Part shown: one piece after another, positions 10,150 through 19,896 of the stretch | Layout: every line of letters starts with the position of its first letter | Position numbering within the stretch: the stretch's first letter is position 1 | Program-made: the position numbers and the translations under genes | The notes under the pieces: generated by a model | Told to the model about the DNA's origin: nothing | Database searches by the model: none | What the model saw: only the letters and a program-made list of their open reading frames with translations | Source: an uncultured virus (IMG/VR IMGVR_UViG_3300005193_000001) | Taxonomy: Duplodnaviria; Heunggongvirae; Uroviricota; Caudoviricetes | IMG/VR virus record: IMGVR_UViG_3300005193_000001 | Coordinates: 186,001 to 250,000 of that record | Length of the DNA stretch: 64,000 bases | Direction: 5' to 3' (one strand)

Positions 10150-10222
10150 AACCCCCACCCCGGCTCGAACGGGGATCTGCGGCTTAGGAGGCCACCGCTC
10201 TGTCCGGTTGAGCTATGGGGGT
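10150..10222 (-). tRNA. tRNA-Arg(CCT)
   Basis: ACCCCCA/TGGGGGT acceptor, GTGGC-CT-CCT-AA-GCCGC arm. Confidence 0.88.
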
Positions 10223-10228
10223 ATGTAG

Positions 10229-10303
10229 AGCCTACAGCCAGATTCGAACTGGCGGCTTCCAGCTTACCATGCTGGCGTTCTGACCGAACTGAACTATGTA
10301 GGC
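10229..10303 (-). tRNA. tRNA-Thr(GGT)
   Basis: GCCTACA/TGTAGGC acceptor, CCAGC-AT-GGT-AA-GCTGG arm. Confidence 0.9.
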
Positions 10304-10305
10304 TG

Positions 10306-10405
10306 AAAGAGCGTCCTTTTTGCCGAGAGATCTAAAGCCCTGTTAAGCCCTTGAATTTTGCTCTCGGCACGAGGAAAATCGTTCCAACGGGTATGGATGC
10401 CCTCC
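10306..10405 (-). ncRNA. ~100-nt rod-like structured RNA candidate between tRNAs
   Basis: Outer stem GGAGGGCATCC/GGACGCTCTTT and inner stem TGCCGAGAG/CTCTCGGCA. Confidence 0.4.
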
Positions 10406-10411
10406 AAAAGG

Positions 10412-10499
10412 AGGAGGGCATGGGACTCGAACCCATAACGCCGTATTTCAGCCGCTACCCACTTTCAAAGCGGGCTCCTCGTCCAGCCGGACGCCCTCC
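10412..10499 (-). tRNA. tRNA-Ser(TGA), atypical
   Basis: GGAGGGC/GCCCTCC acceptor, CCCGC-TT-TGA-AA-GTGGG arm, long variable arm; G8 and U73 non-canonical. Confidence 0.8.
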
Positions 10500-10505
10500 T
10501 AATTC

Positions 10506-10820
10506 TCAGGAAGAAACGACGCTAAATCCAAGTTGTTCGAGTCTGTTGGTGGGGACTTGATTTCTGTAGCCTCCCACGTCCCAGACTCTGGACTCTTGAA
10601 GACCAGCATCTTCGTTGCTCCCCATAAAGTCGAAGATCGTAATAATCAAGCCGTCACTGAGAAACTTGATGGTCCAGTGATAGGTGGACTTTCTACGTCC
10701 AAGAGCAGGATCTCCGAACAGATGAAAAAGCTGCTCTTTCGTCGTAATGATTTTTCCTCTGTGGCTCCCTAAAACTTTAATGTCGTGATCGTTATGGGTA
10801 ACGTATTGAGGAATGCTCAT
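10506..10820 (-). CDS. hypothetical protein
   Basis: LFGDP..KSTYHW..ITIFDF..WDVGG pattern; own GAAAC-type promoter. Confidence 0.65.
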   Translation of the reverse strand: MSIPQYVTHNDHDIKVLGSHRGKIITTKEQLFHLFGDPALGRRKSTYHWTIKFLSDGLIITIFDFMGSNEDAGLQESRVWDVGGYRNQVPTNRLEQLGFSVVSS

Positions 10821-11473
10821 CTATGGGGTCGATTTGTTAAAGACTCAGCGTGTGCAATTTGACGAAGAAAGGTAGAGTCTTGTTTCCTCCTTCATCTGAG
10901 CTTAAAAGAAGCAGCATAATATTTCGGCCCGAAACCTGAATGATCCCGGACCACGGCCCCCACAAAAAAGCAGCTACTGGATCTAGGCTTCCATTACTTC
11001 AAATCTGTCGTCACAGCTACGAGACGCTACTCTCCCCGCCTCAGTAACATAGATTTCGAAAAGTTCTCCGTCTCCTCGAAGCACGAATTTCTCGGGGTCT
11101 GCGAACTTTTCGTTCTCGGTGTCGTATACTCGAAATCCTTCGTTCAACATATCCATTGATTTAAAGCTTTGATAGATCGGTTACTGTAGCTTCTTCTCCG
11201 GTCACGTTATCCTTGATGCCTAACATTCGGCCAATGGAAGTGACCGTAACCGTCATGGTAATCCGGTCTCCAACGGTGAGACGAGCGTTCTCTTTGTCGA
11301 GTTGACGTTTGATCCAGAAAGCGGCTCGAAGCCTCTGCTCGTCGTCGAGTTCAATACCGAAGTTATCAACATAATTCAACTCGTCTTCGGAAACTTCTGA
11401 CTCTACAATATCAAGATCGACGTCGTAAAGATCAACTTCCATTGTGATCAAGTGTTCGATTGAAAGAAAAGAG

Positions 11474-11562
11474 CGGAGGAAGAGGGATTTGAACCCACGT
11501 GGGACACAATACCCAACCGCCTTTCCAAGACGGCGCAATAAACCAGACTCTGCCATTCCTCC
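11474..11562 (-). tRNA. tRNA-Ser(GGA)
   Basis: GGAGGAA/TTCCTCC acceptor, CCGTC-TT-GGA-AA-GGCGG arm, long variable arm, G73. Confidence 0.92.
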
Positions 11563-11567
11563 AAGAG

Positions 11568-11658
11568 CAGAGGGCAAGGGACTCGAACCCTCAGGACTAT
11601 TTTTCAAGCCCACGGCATTAGCAGTGCCGCGCAGCTAACCATTATCTGCCTACCCTCT
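11568..11658 (-). tRNA. tRNA-Ser(GCT), possible 8/4 fold
   Basis: AGAGGGT(A)/(T)GCCCTCT acceptor, CGGCA-CT-GCT-AA-TGCCG arm, G73. Confidence 0.88.
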
Positions 11659-11890
11659 ATGTAAGATCTGAGAAAACATCTTCGATCCCAGGATAAACTT
11701 CTTCTTGTTCTCTATAAAGCTCCATAGCCGTTGCGAGTTCTCGTAGAGCTTCGGGCTGGGTGTCTCCGAAGGCGTTAATTTCAAGGTCTTCATGATTAGC
11801 TATCCAAACCTCATCTTCCGGGGACCAAAATACCTCAATTTCGGTTTCAGCCTTCTTTGCCGACACTACTTGATCGAGAAAAGCGCTCAT
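11657..11890 (-). CDS. HicB-like small protein
   Basis: VFWSPEDEVWIA..LEINAFGDTQPEALRELATA resembles the HicB antitoxin N-domain. Confidence 0.55.
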   Translation of the reverse strand: MSAFLDQVVSAKKAETEIEVFWSPEDEVWIANHEDLEINAFGDTQPEALRELATAMELYREQEEVYPGIEDVFSDLT

Positions 11891-11911
11891 AACTGCATTT
11901 TTGGTTTGGAG

Positions 11912-11997
11912 CGGAGGGAGAGGGAGTTGAACCCCCACGACTGTTTCTCAAGTCATAACGGATTTCGAATCCGCTTAGTGCGCCAATACGTCCCTCC
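11912..11997 (-). tRNA. tRNA-Ser(CGA), reduced D-arm
   Basis: GGAGGGA/TCCCTCC acceptor, GCGGA-TT-CGA-AA-TCCGT arm, long variable arm, G73. Confidence 0.8.
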
Positions 11998-12672
11998 ATT
12001 TAGAAGATAACGAAAAACAACACCACCAAAATTAAAGCGGCGATGAATTTGTAGGGGTTCTGCGCGAAATCGTGCTGTACGACTTTCGGTATCGAAGACG
12101 GCTCTGGTTCCTTCTTCATGAAGACTAGTGGCGTTGATTCAAAGTTAGGTATCAGCCACCAGATCATCGTAGCAGTAGTAATTCTTTATCAATGAATCCG
12201 CCATTAGGTCTCCCATAGAATGCAAGTTTTCAGCATCAACGTCGAAAGCCACGCAGAAGAGAAATCCAAGCTTTCCGGACATTTCGGAGTTCTTGTACTT
12301 TCTTTTCCAATGCAGGTATTCGATAAGCCCGACCTCGGAACTTCTATCTCCCGTTTCTCCTCCAGGCACAATCATCTTTTTTCGTCGGTATTTTTCGTTT
12401 ATGATGTATTTCGTTCAACACCAAAATCTCAAGCTTGTTCCAGCTTCAAGAAGGCTTTATACTGGTCAAGCCGGGTGGAATTAGCACCCGGCTTGACAAG
12501 ATTCTAAAAGAACCCGTTGTTTTTCAGTCGAAAAAACCCTTAGTTCTTAGCCTTGTAAGCTGCCATATGCCGAAAACTAGTAGCAAAGCAGCCAAGACGC
12601 CAACGACGACTTTTATCATCAAGGTAGTTGAACGGGTATGGCGGTAAATGTGACATTTCTAAACGTTCACTT

Positions 12673-13176
12673 CTAAATATTTTTCAGAACTTCGGAGCAA
12701 AATCTGAGTCCTAGATCCGCATTTTCTTCTTCCGCTACTTCGTGCAACTCTTCTTCCTCCAGAAGGGCGTGACGGCTTTTCTCCTCGTAATCGGAACCGT
12801 CTCCTGGAGCTCCGGTGGTCTCGTAATCCAAAACGTCAAATGCGAAGAAGCTCACCCTTTGCGTCGTCAGCTTCGTGTAAGGCATATACTTCATTTCTCT
12901 CAGAAGCCGAATTTTGTTTGGGTATACTGGAGTTTCTTCGCCCATTTCTCTTTGCAACGTCTCGAACACGTGTTCACCCTCTTCCTTAGTTCCGCACACT
13001 GGAGTCCAATAATGTTCGTTTTCTCCCTTGATCTGATAAGGAGTGCAGGGCTCCAAACGAACCACTATCTCTTTATTCACTCTTGGTAACATCATTACTG
13101 AATCCGCTTCGTGCACGAACTCGTAATGATCGTTCGAAAAGACTTTAAGATAATTACCTTCCCAAGCTAGTTCCAT
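12673..13176 (-). CDS. Nudix hydrolase
   Basis: Nudix box GTKEEGEHVFETLQREMGEET. Confidence 0.8.
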   Translation of the reverse strand: MELAWEGNYLKVFSNDHYEFVHEADSVMMLPRVNKEIVVRLEPCTPYQIKGENEHYWTPVCGTKEEGEHVFETLQREMGEETPVYPNKIRLLREMKYMPYTKLTTQRVSFFAFDVLDYETTGAPGDGSDYEEKSRHALLEEEELHEVAEEENADLGLRFCSEVLKNI

Positions 13177-13742
13177 TCTTCGTAAATTGATTCAAACATA
13201 TCTATATCACCCTCGTCAAGAATCCGATTTCTCCAATTGATCAAAAAGAAGTTGATATCTTGCTTGCTGGACTTCATGTCGCTATCCAACAAAGACTCCA
13301 TGTCGGAGATCGCGTTCTCGACTTTTTTCAGGTCCCTTCGCCACCTGTCCATTTTTTGATCGGAAAGTTTGTGCTTCTGAATGTATTCATACATAGACTT
13401 CTCGATCTCTTTCACCTTCCGAAGCTGTCTTTTTATACCCTCGATTTGTTCTTCGGAAGGCATGTCCATTTCTACGGTGTCGGTGTTCACTTGACCCGGA
13501 GAAGACCCGTACTTGATCTTCGTGGAAGTAGACGACCTGTTTCTGGAAATGGCGGTCCTACGTCTATGCTCTTTTTGCCCGACCATTTCATCGGGAATGC
13601 TCAGGACCTTCCGCATCAACTGCTGGTTGGAGTCCTGCATCATGTTCTTGATCTCCGTGAGCTTGATGGGCTCGTTAGAACCCAATGCCTTGTCTGTCGA
13701 AGTTTTGCTCGACGAGTTCTCTTCTTGCTTTGATTCGCTCAT
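13167..13742 (-). CDS. hypothetical coiled-coil protein
   Basis: Long charged helical ORF coupled to its neighbours. Confidence 0.6.
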   Translation of the reverse strand: MSESKQEENSSSKTSTDKALGSNEPIKLTEIKNMMQDSNQQLMRKVLSIPDEMVGQKEHRRRTAISRNRSSTSTKIKYGSSPGQVNTDTVEMDMPSEEQIEGIKRQLRKVKEIEKSMYEYIQKHKLSDQKMDRWRRDLKKVENAISDMESLLDSDMKSSKQDINFFLINWRNRILDEGDIDMFESIYEEWN

Positions 13743-14754
13743 AGGTCTTTTTTAGAGTCTCGTTATTCTCGTATGCATTTATGAAAAGTCCCTTAATGTA
13801 CGCTGGGGTCAACTCTTCGGACACCATTTGGGTCCACTCGTCATCATCCACCGGGTACTCTTCGCCCATCAAGTGTTCGTAAAACTCCGGGACGTAGGCT
13901 GGATCGTTGTCTTGGGGATAGATGCCTTCCAGATAATCCAAACGTCCCGGCCTGTCAACAAGATTCTTAGGTAGCTCTTCGGGCCTGTTGGTGGTAGCGA
14001 GAAAAAGAACGTTTTCTCGAAGCTGGCTGCTGTCGAGGACATTCACTACCGACTGTCGGATTTGCTCGTTCTGAATGACGTCGGAAAGCTCTTCAAAGAC
14101 TACCACCTTAAGCCTGTCCTGCAGATTTCCCGAGAGCTCGTGAACCCCGCCGTTGTTGAACACGTCGATATGACGTGCATTCTCCAACCGAATAACGACT
14201 GCTCCCATCTTTCGAACAAGCTCCCGGCACTTCTGCATCACGTACTGGCTCTTCCCTGTTCCGGGTTCCCCGTAGAACAGGATAGAACGCCTGTAATCAA
14301 TATCGTTCTCTTCGTAGTGATCTTTGGAATCCAGGAAACTGTCGATTCTCTCGTCCGCGTCTCCGAGTTCGGGGTTGTAATCTTCAAGTGGGAAATAACC
14401 CTCGTGTACCCATTCGGCGCTTCTGTCCATCTGTAGATCTTCTTCGTTCCCGGAATCGTTATTTATCTCTATCTCCGAGGCGGAATCTACAATGGCCGGG
14501 TCGTTGTTGTCGAGGGGAAATTCGGACGGATCGCCCTTGAAAGCTATGGGATTGCCGTTTTCGTCCCTAACGAAATCGTCTTCATCTTCGACGGAATCGT
14601 CGCTGGAACCGAACGTCTCCACCAAAAGAAAGTTTCCACTTCCATCCATGTCGGGATAGTAGACACCACCGGGGAGATCGGTTGTCTTGAATTCGGGAGC
14701 GAAACGGTACTTTCCTCCCAGATCGATCACTACCTTATCGTCCTTGTTGTTCAT
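13675..14754 (-). CDS. AAA+ ATPase
   Basis: Walker A GEPGTGKS, Walker B VVVFEE, SRH ATTNRPEEL..DRPGRLD. Confidence 0.9.
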   Translation of the reverse strand: MNNKDDKVVIDLGGKYRFAPEFKTTDLPGGVYYPDMDGSGNFLLVETFGSSDDSVEDEDDFVRDENGNPIAFKGDPSEFPLDNNDPAIVDSASEIEINNDSGNEEDLQMDRSAEWVHEGYFPLEDYNPELGDADERIDSFLDSKDHYEENDIDYRRSILFYGEPGTGKSQYVMQKCRELVRKMGAVVIRLENARHIDVFNNGGVHELSGNLQDRLKVVVFEELSDVIQNEQIRQSVVNVLDSSQLRENVLFLATTNRPEELPKNLVDRPGRLDYLEGIYPQDNDPAYVPEFYEHLMGEEYPVDDDEWTQMVSEELTPAYIKGLFINAYENNETLKKTYERIKARRELVEQNFDRQGIGF

Positions 14755-14781
14755 CGAATGAATTTAGGATTGATTAATTGA

Positions 14782-15978
14782 TTAAATGTCGTTATAAGGC
14801 TTTTTAAACGCGCTTTCTACATCCGGAAATTCGGGCGGATCTTCGTCTTCATCGGCATTTTCTAACCACTGCTCGAATTCGTCGTCACTCTTCTCTTCTT
14901 CTTCGACTTCTACTAGATCGTCCACCCCCTTTCTAAAGTCTTCCCGTTCAGTGTCTTGAGTTGAATCCTGATATCGATTAGCTTGTTCCTTCTTTTCAGA
15001 AGCCTCATAAGGAGGCGGAACATAAGTCATGGGGATGTGAGGCGTTCTAAAACTGACAGTCTTGTCTTCACCGTCTTTGACGTTCATCGTTCTCCGAGTC
15101 TTTTGATGTGAACCCACGTCTTCGATAATCTCGGGAGACGAGCTTTTGGCGTCCACGTTAGCGAACTCCTGCATCCTCTGAATTCTCTCGTCGGGATCGA
15201 GAGGTTCTTCGGTATTTTCTTCTTCGGTTTCCACCTGAGCCTCGTCAAGATCCGTGGCCATACTGAGAGAAATCACCAACGTAACGGCCATGGGGTCAAA
15301 GACAGAAATAATGATGAGTATAAAATAAAGAGCGGCGCGGTCAGGATCGAGCCCCACGGAGTCTGCTATGAACATAATGGGGCCAAGCTTAGCACTTTTG
15401 CTATTTTCGGCTTCGAGGGTTGTGATCCTTTCTTCCAGCTTCAAGACGCGATTTCTGGAGTCCGTGATCCGAGACTCAATATCCTGCAACTCCTGCGGGA
15501 TTTGCTTTAATCTTTCGGCGGATCTTTCGGAAAGCCAACCCTGCTCGGACTGTAGGTTACGCAACTCGTTTCTTGTGTTGACGAGACGATCCCTGTCGGA
15601 TTTAAGCCTCTGTACTCTGTCCTCTATAGTCTGTTTCTGAGAACGGACGTTCTCCACTTTTTGTTCCGAGATCTCTCGTTGGGAAGACGCCGTTTGATAA
15701 CTCTGAGACAGAAATCCGAAGATGCCGAGACTAGTGATAAACATCATCACGACGGTAAAGAAGATAAGCATCTTGTTCGTCCATCCCTGCAACACGTTTC
15801 GATATCTGTATGCAGCAGATGCACAGACCAGCTTTCCGGCTTCAAGAAATCCGGCAGCTATCGCCGTTTGGACGAAATTGGTACCGAAGAAGGTGGCGAT
15901 ACCGACCACGGAAAAGTACGCGGCGCAACTCGCTAGTCCCAACGCCACGGTTCCTACAATGAAGTGGTATAACCTCAT
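14782..15978 (-). CDS. membrane protein with coiled coil
   Basis: Three N-terminal TM helices (LEAGKLV, ITSLGIFGFLS), coiled coil, TM with VFDPMAV, acidic tail. Confidence 0.8.
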   Translation of the reverse strand: MRLYHFIVGTVALGLASCAAYFSVVGIATFFGTNFVQTAIAAGFLEAGKLVCASAAYRYRNVLQGWTNKMLIFFTVVMMFITSLGIFGFLSQSYQTASSQREISEQKVENVRSQKQTIEDRVQRLKSDRDRLVNTRNELRNLQSEQGWLSERSAERLKQIPQELQDIESRITDSRNRVLKLEERITTLEAENSKSAKLGPIMFIADSVGLDPDRAALYFILIIISVFDPMAVTLVISLSMATDLDEAQVETEEENTEEPLDPDERIQRMQEFANVDAKSSSPEIIEDVGSHQKTRRTMNVKDGEDKTVSFRTPHIPMTYVPPPYEASEKKEQANRYQDSTQDTEREDFRKGVDDLVEVEEEEKSDDEFEQWLENADEDEDPPEFPDVESAFKKPYNDI

Positions 15979-16027
15979 TATGTCACCATTTTAGCCTTTT
16001 AAACAGAAATGACGGTCCGTGCCCTTT

Positions 16028-16882
16028 TTAGATCGAGTGATCTTCGTTTTCCAACTCGACCAGTTGTTCGGCATTTTGGAGTTGACCTTGAGTAGATTGT
16101 ATAAATCCAAGAAGCTCTTCGAGGGCTTCACCGTTAAGCCCCCTCATAGCTCGGACTTGACGTTCCAAATTGTCGAGATTGTTTCTGGACTGATTGATGA
16201 GCTTTGAAACTTTTGACTTATAACGCATAAAGTTAATCTTTCATTCTTTTGATAACTGCTTTGCCATTGTCGAAGTATACAATGGCCACGATATCTTCAG
16301 GTTCGTATTGATCTTCGTAAAGTTCAAACTCTGCGTGGTTGGTTATGGCATCTATCTGGTATCCGTCTCTGTATTCGAAGATGGTAACAACCGAGTCGTC
16401 GGGTTCATCTTCGAAATCCTTCAGAAGATCCACAGCTTCTGTGGTGGCATCAACGTAGGATTCAAAGTATATGTCTTCGTCCTTCTCCTTTTTCTTTTGA
16501 GCTACGTGGCTCTTCCACTTAACCAGATCTCTTATCGCTTTAGGGTTCATTATCTTGCTGGAACACCCGCGTCTTTCTCGACTCTCTTACAATCCTTTGA
16601 CATTTCATCCAGACGCCTAACTCCTTCATCGGAAATCTTTTTCTCGGAGTCTATCGAATTCTCGAATTTATTTTTAGCTCGATCAATGATGGCACTGGAC
16701 ATGTTGGCTACGGAACCCAATAGGGCCACCGAACCGCCGAACATGACAAAGGCTGCATAAATGGCATTCCCAGAGAACATCAAGAAAACGCCAGAGCATA
16801 TAATTATTATTGAGGCAACGAAAATAATCATTCCAAAGAGCAATCGTTGGGGCCACTCTTGTTTGTCATTTTTTGATTTCAT
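16028..16882 (-). other. three small hypothetical CDS (16028-16228, 16233-16550, 16550-16882 membrane)
   Basis: Coupled co-oriented ORFs. Confidence 0.6.
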
Positions 16883-16892
16883 AATGTTTGTG

Positions 16893-17528
16893 CTAAGTCT
16901 CCAGGTCGAAGTAACTAAGCTCTCCGAGGCACCTGAACTTCGTTCCGGAAACCGTCTCCATCACGTCTTCATGCCAATGTCCGAAGAACCAGCGCTGAGG
17001 CTTGTGTTGAGAAAACAATTCATCTAATAAGCTGCTGGTATGACTATTTATCTTCTTGCCGAAGTCAAACATTCGACTTGCGACGGAGCCCGGACAATCA
17101 TGAGAGAACACGTATCTGGGCTCCGTCTTTATGTATTCATTCACGGTCTCGTTCGAACGCTTCCATGAAAGCTCCTCATCGTCCCAATGATCGTGACCGT
17201 GAAGCCTTTGGTCTTCGTCAACAGAACGAGCACCTCTTATGAAGAAGCTATTAGGAACGAACGGGATATCACCGAAATCGCCAAGAGCAAACGCTTCTCC
17301 TATGGTGTCGTAATCGTCGTGATTACCTCCAAAAAAGACGTGTCGGTGAGGGTCATACCCGGCGTCTTTCATGAGCCGAAGTCTTTTCTTATATCCTTCT
17401 TCGAAACCCATGTCGCCAATCTGTACGCTTCCGACGTCCTGACCTCCGTAGACTCCGTGAAGATCGTCGAGAACACCGAGGTATCGGTCAATCTTGCAGT
17501 GAACGTCACCTATGACTCGTACTATCAT
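16893..17528 (-). CDS. calcineurin-like metallophosphoesterase
   Basis: IGDVH, QIGD, GNHD, SHD, FGHWH motifs. Confidence 0.9.
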   Translation of the reverse strand: MIVRVIGDVHCKIDRYLGVLDDLHGVYGGQDVGSVQIGDMGFEEGYKKRLRLMKDAGYDPHRHVFFGGNHDDYDTIGEAFALGDFGDIPFVPNSFFIRGARSVDEDQRLHGHDHWDDEELSWKRSNETVNEYIKTEPRYVFSHDCPGSVASRMFDFGKKINSHTSSLLDELFSQHKPQRWFFGHWHEDVMETVSGTKFRCLGELSYFDLET

Positions 17529-17821
17529 CGAACTTAATCCTTATTCGATCTGTGAAACGTGGGTCAAAAGATCGAGTTCCGAGTTCATAGAAGCTTCAGC
17601 CATGTAGGATTTCTTTTTCGTCGCTTACTTCAGGCAAAGAAATGATAACACCAGATCCCAAAGAAGAGGCGAGAACCAACTCTCCTTCTCCGTTAGGAAC
17701 AAGGGGTTGGTACTTCGTTCCGGTTTGTTTTTCGAACCCTAACACGGGAGAAATCGTTCCATCTTCAAACCTAAAATAAGGCTTGTGTGAGGTAGAAAGC
17801 ATAAATCAGTGTTTGTCAATA

Positions 17822-18418
17822 TTAAAATCCGCCCCCGCCGTCTTCTTCGTCGTCGGTACTCAAAAAGTCCACGGGTCGTTGTTTAAGCTTGTCGTTGTCA
17901 TGATTTAATCGAGGAAATAACCAAACCACGGGATCTCCGGGCTCAAGGACGTGGTCTTCCTCTTCTTCATCTGGAAGAGACCCGGAAGGCGAAGGGCGAA
18001 AATAGTTATGAAGCTTGTAAGACGTGAGGGCTTCTACTACGAAGTTTTGAATCGTATCCATCTTGCCCGTGGATTCTTCGTCTATGACGTAGCTGACACA
18101 GATAATATCTTTTTTTGGCTCCACCTCCTGACCCATAAGTTCCACGGCGGGTTGGGTCAGGTCTTGTTGATCGAATTGAGAACAGACATTATCCTTGAAC
18201 TTCTTGAACTTCGACACGTATTCCATTCTCTTGGCGTGAGCGCGGACCGCTTGTTTTTCCGCATCCTTGTCGAGCTTCTTCACTATATCCTTCGGAACGG
18301 AGTCAAGATCATACCAATCATATCCTCCGTATCCTCTGCCGTATGAATGTCTCCAGTCAACATACGCGGGTACATACGCGGAAAGAAAAGCGTTCCCACT
18401 TGTCAGATAGTGTGGCAT
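17822..18418 (-). CDS. hypothetical protein
   Basis: Acidic ORF in operon. Confidence 0.7.
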   Translation of the reverse strand: MPHYLTSGNAFLSAYVPAYVDWRHSYGRGYGGYDWYDLDSVPKDIVKKLDKDAEKQAVRAHAKRMEYVSKFKKFKDNVCSQFDQQDLTQPAVELMGQEVEPKKDIICVSYVIDEESTGKMDTIQNFVVEALTSYKLHNYFRPSPSGSLPDEEEEDHVLEPGDPVVWLFPRLNHDNDKLKQRPVDFLSTDDEEDGGGGF

Positions 18419-18427
18419 AGAAGTTTT

Positions 18428-18913
18428 CTAGAATTGAGGTTCCGTAATTCGAGAGAACCAGAACCTTTCTTCGCCTCCAGTTTCCGCATCGCTCAGGAAC
18501 TCCATATCTTCCATGAAGTTCGAAAGAACGTCAGTATTGAAGGGCTCGGTAAAGGTATCCGAAACTCCCGAAAATTCAAGAACTAGACCTATCTGGTTGT
18601 TGCTCTTGTTGTAAACGAAGGTCACGATTTTGTACCTTTTCTGAACGTCAGTATCATTCACGCTCGTCACGTCGTTACTGTCGTCATAAATTTCCTTGAC
18701 AAGGTGAGAGTTATAAACCGCGTTGTCTTCTTGCCACTGCCACTCCACTTGAGACGGAGGAATTTCCGACGTGTTTTCGGATGGTGTCGTAGGGTGATCA
18801 GCGAGCAATTCCACCTCTTCTTCATCCATAGTTTTCAATGGACGATAAAAGGGAGAAAAGAGAGCTTCCTCGTCTATGGTCTGCTCAAGAAGTCGCTTAA
18901 ATTTAATTGGCAT
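18428..18913 (-). CDS. hypothetical protein (KFKRLLE N-terminus)
   Basis: Acidic ORF in operon. Confidence 0.7.
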   Translation of the reverse strand: MPIKFKRLLEQTIDEEALFSPFYRPLKTMDEEEVELLADHPTTPSENTSEIPPSQVEWQWQEDNAVYNSHLVKEIYDDSNDVTSVNDTDVQKRYKIVTFVYNKSNNQIGLVLEFSGVSDTFTEPFNTDVLSNFMEDMEFLSDAETGGEERFWFSRITEPQF

Positions 18914-18919
18914 ATGGTC

Positions 18920-19384
18920 TTAGTTTAACCTATCTGCTGCACAGGATGCGGCCCAAGAATCGGGCTTAGTTTGAAAAGGAAAACCCGCGTTTCTTGCGAA
19001 TCCACGTGCAGCTTTGTAGGTCACGTGGGACTCGTATTCTTCACTCGGATTAATGTCGAAGTGTGTTCTAATGTCTGTAGCCTTCGAATCAAGACGAAGG
19101 TTGTTAGCGACTTCGATGGTGGCCACCACCTCTTGCCATAGTCTATTGAAGATGTCTTTCTCGTTTCTATGCTCGTCGTTCTTGTGGTATACGACGTGGG
19201 CTCCACCCAACCGATCATTGTGCATAACTACCACCGTCACGTATCGGGTGAAGTCACTATGGACTTGTGAATCGGTGCCTACGTAGACTTCAACATCATC
19301 GCTTGCATTTCGAATAAAATCGTCCACATAACTTTCCACATCTTCGATAGAGTTACCATCGAAGTCAAAAAACGAACGTTTCAT
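18920..19384 (-). CDS. RNase H-like YkuK family protein
   Basis: VYVGTDSQ, RLWQEV, HFDIN, KPDSWAASCAADR. Confidence 0.85.
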   Translation of the reverse strand: MKRSFFDFDGNSIEDVESYVDDFIRNASDDVEVYVGTDSQVHSDFTRYVTVVVMHNDRLGGAHVVYHKNDEHRNEKDIFNRLWQEVVATIEVANNLRLDSKATDIRTHFDINPSEEYESHVTYKAARGFARNAGFPFQTKPDSWAASCAADRLN

Positions 19385-19395
19385 AACTTATCGAT

Positions 19396-19764
19396 TTAGT
19401 TCATCACAATTGATTTAAATGCGGAATACCCGTCATATGCTACCTGAAGAGACGAAATCTGAAAAAACTTCATTAGACGCTTCTCTGTCTCCTCGTCCAT
19501 CGGCTCTTGAGGCTGAAAAAACCTCTCTTGGGGATTAGGCCGCATAGGATTACCCATGTCTTCTTCGTCTTGATCGATCATTTCTCTCATTTCTCTCGTA
19601 GCTTTACGGCAGTCCCTCAGAATCTCGGTCACAACCTCGTCGTCCATGCGGTTGGACTCGGATTCAATCTTGTTAATGGTTTCTTCTCGGTCGAGGTCTC
19701 CCAACCTGTCTCCCAATCTACTACGAACTTGGTACATGGGGTCATCTATCTGAACATCATCCAT
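19396..19764 (-). CDS. hypothetical protein
   Basis: Acidic ORF heading the operon. Confidence 0.65.
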   Translation of the reverse strand: MDDVQIDDPMYQVRSRLGDRLGDLDREETINKIESESNRMDDEVVTEILRDCRKATREMREMIDQDEEDMGNPMRPNPQERFFQPQEPMDEETEKRLMKFFQISSLQVAYDGYSAFKSIVMN

Positions 19765-19830
19765 AATAATATTATTTGAAGTTATTAGATTAATGAGCCT
19801 TCGCTTAGGCTGTCATTGGTAAATACACAA

Positions 19831-19866
19831 CAGCCGCCCCACGGTTGTTTCACCATGGGACGGCTT
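19831..19866 (-). terminator. hairpin terminator after hsp20
   Basis: AGCCGTCCCATGGTG..CCGTGGGGCGGCT followed by GTTGT on the minus strand. Confidence 0.55.
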
Positions 19867-19896
19867 TAACGGAAGATTCAAGAAGTGAAAATCGGT

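Noticed and set aside
10306..10405. HDV-like/theta ribozyme after tRNA-Ser (TCCTCGT present)
   Set aside because: Flanks cannot form P3 or the nested P1/P2 pseudoknot
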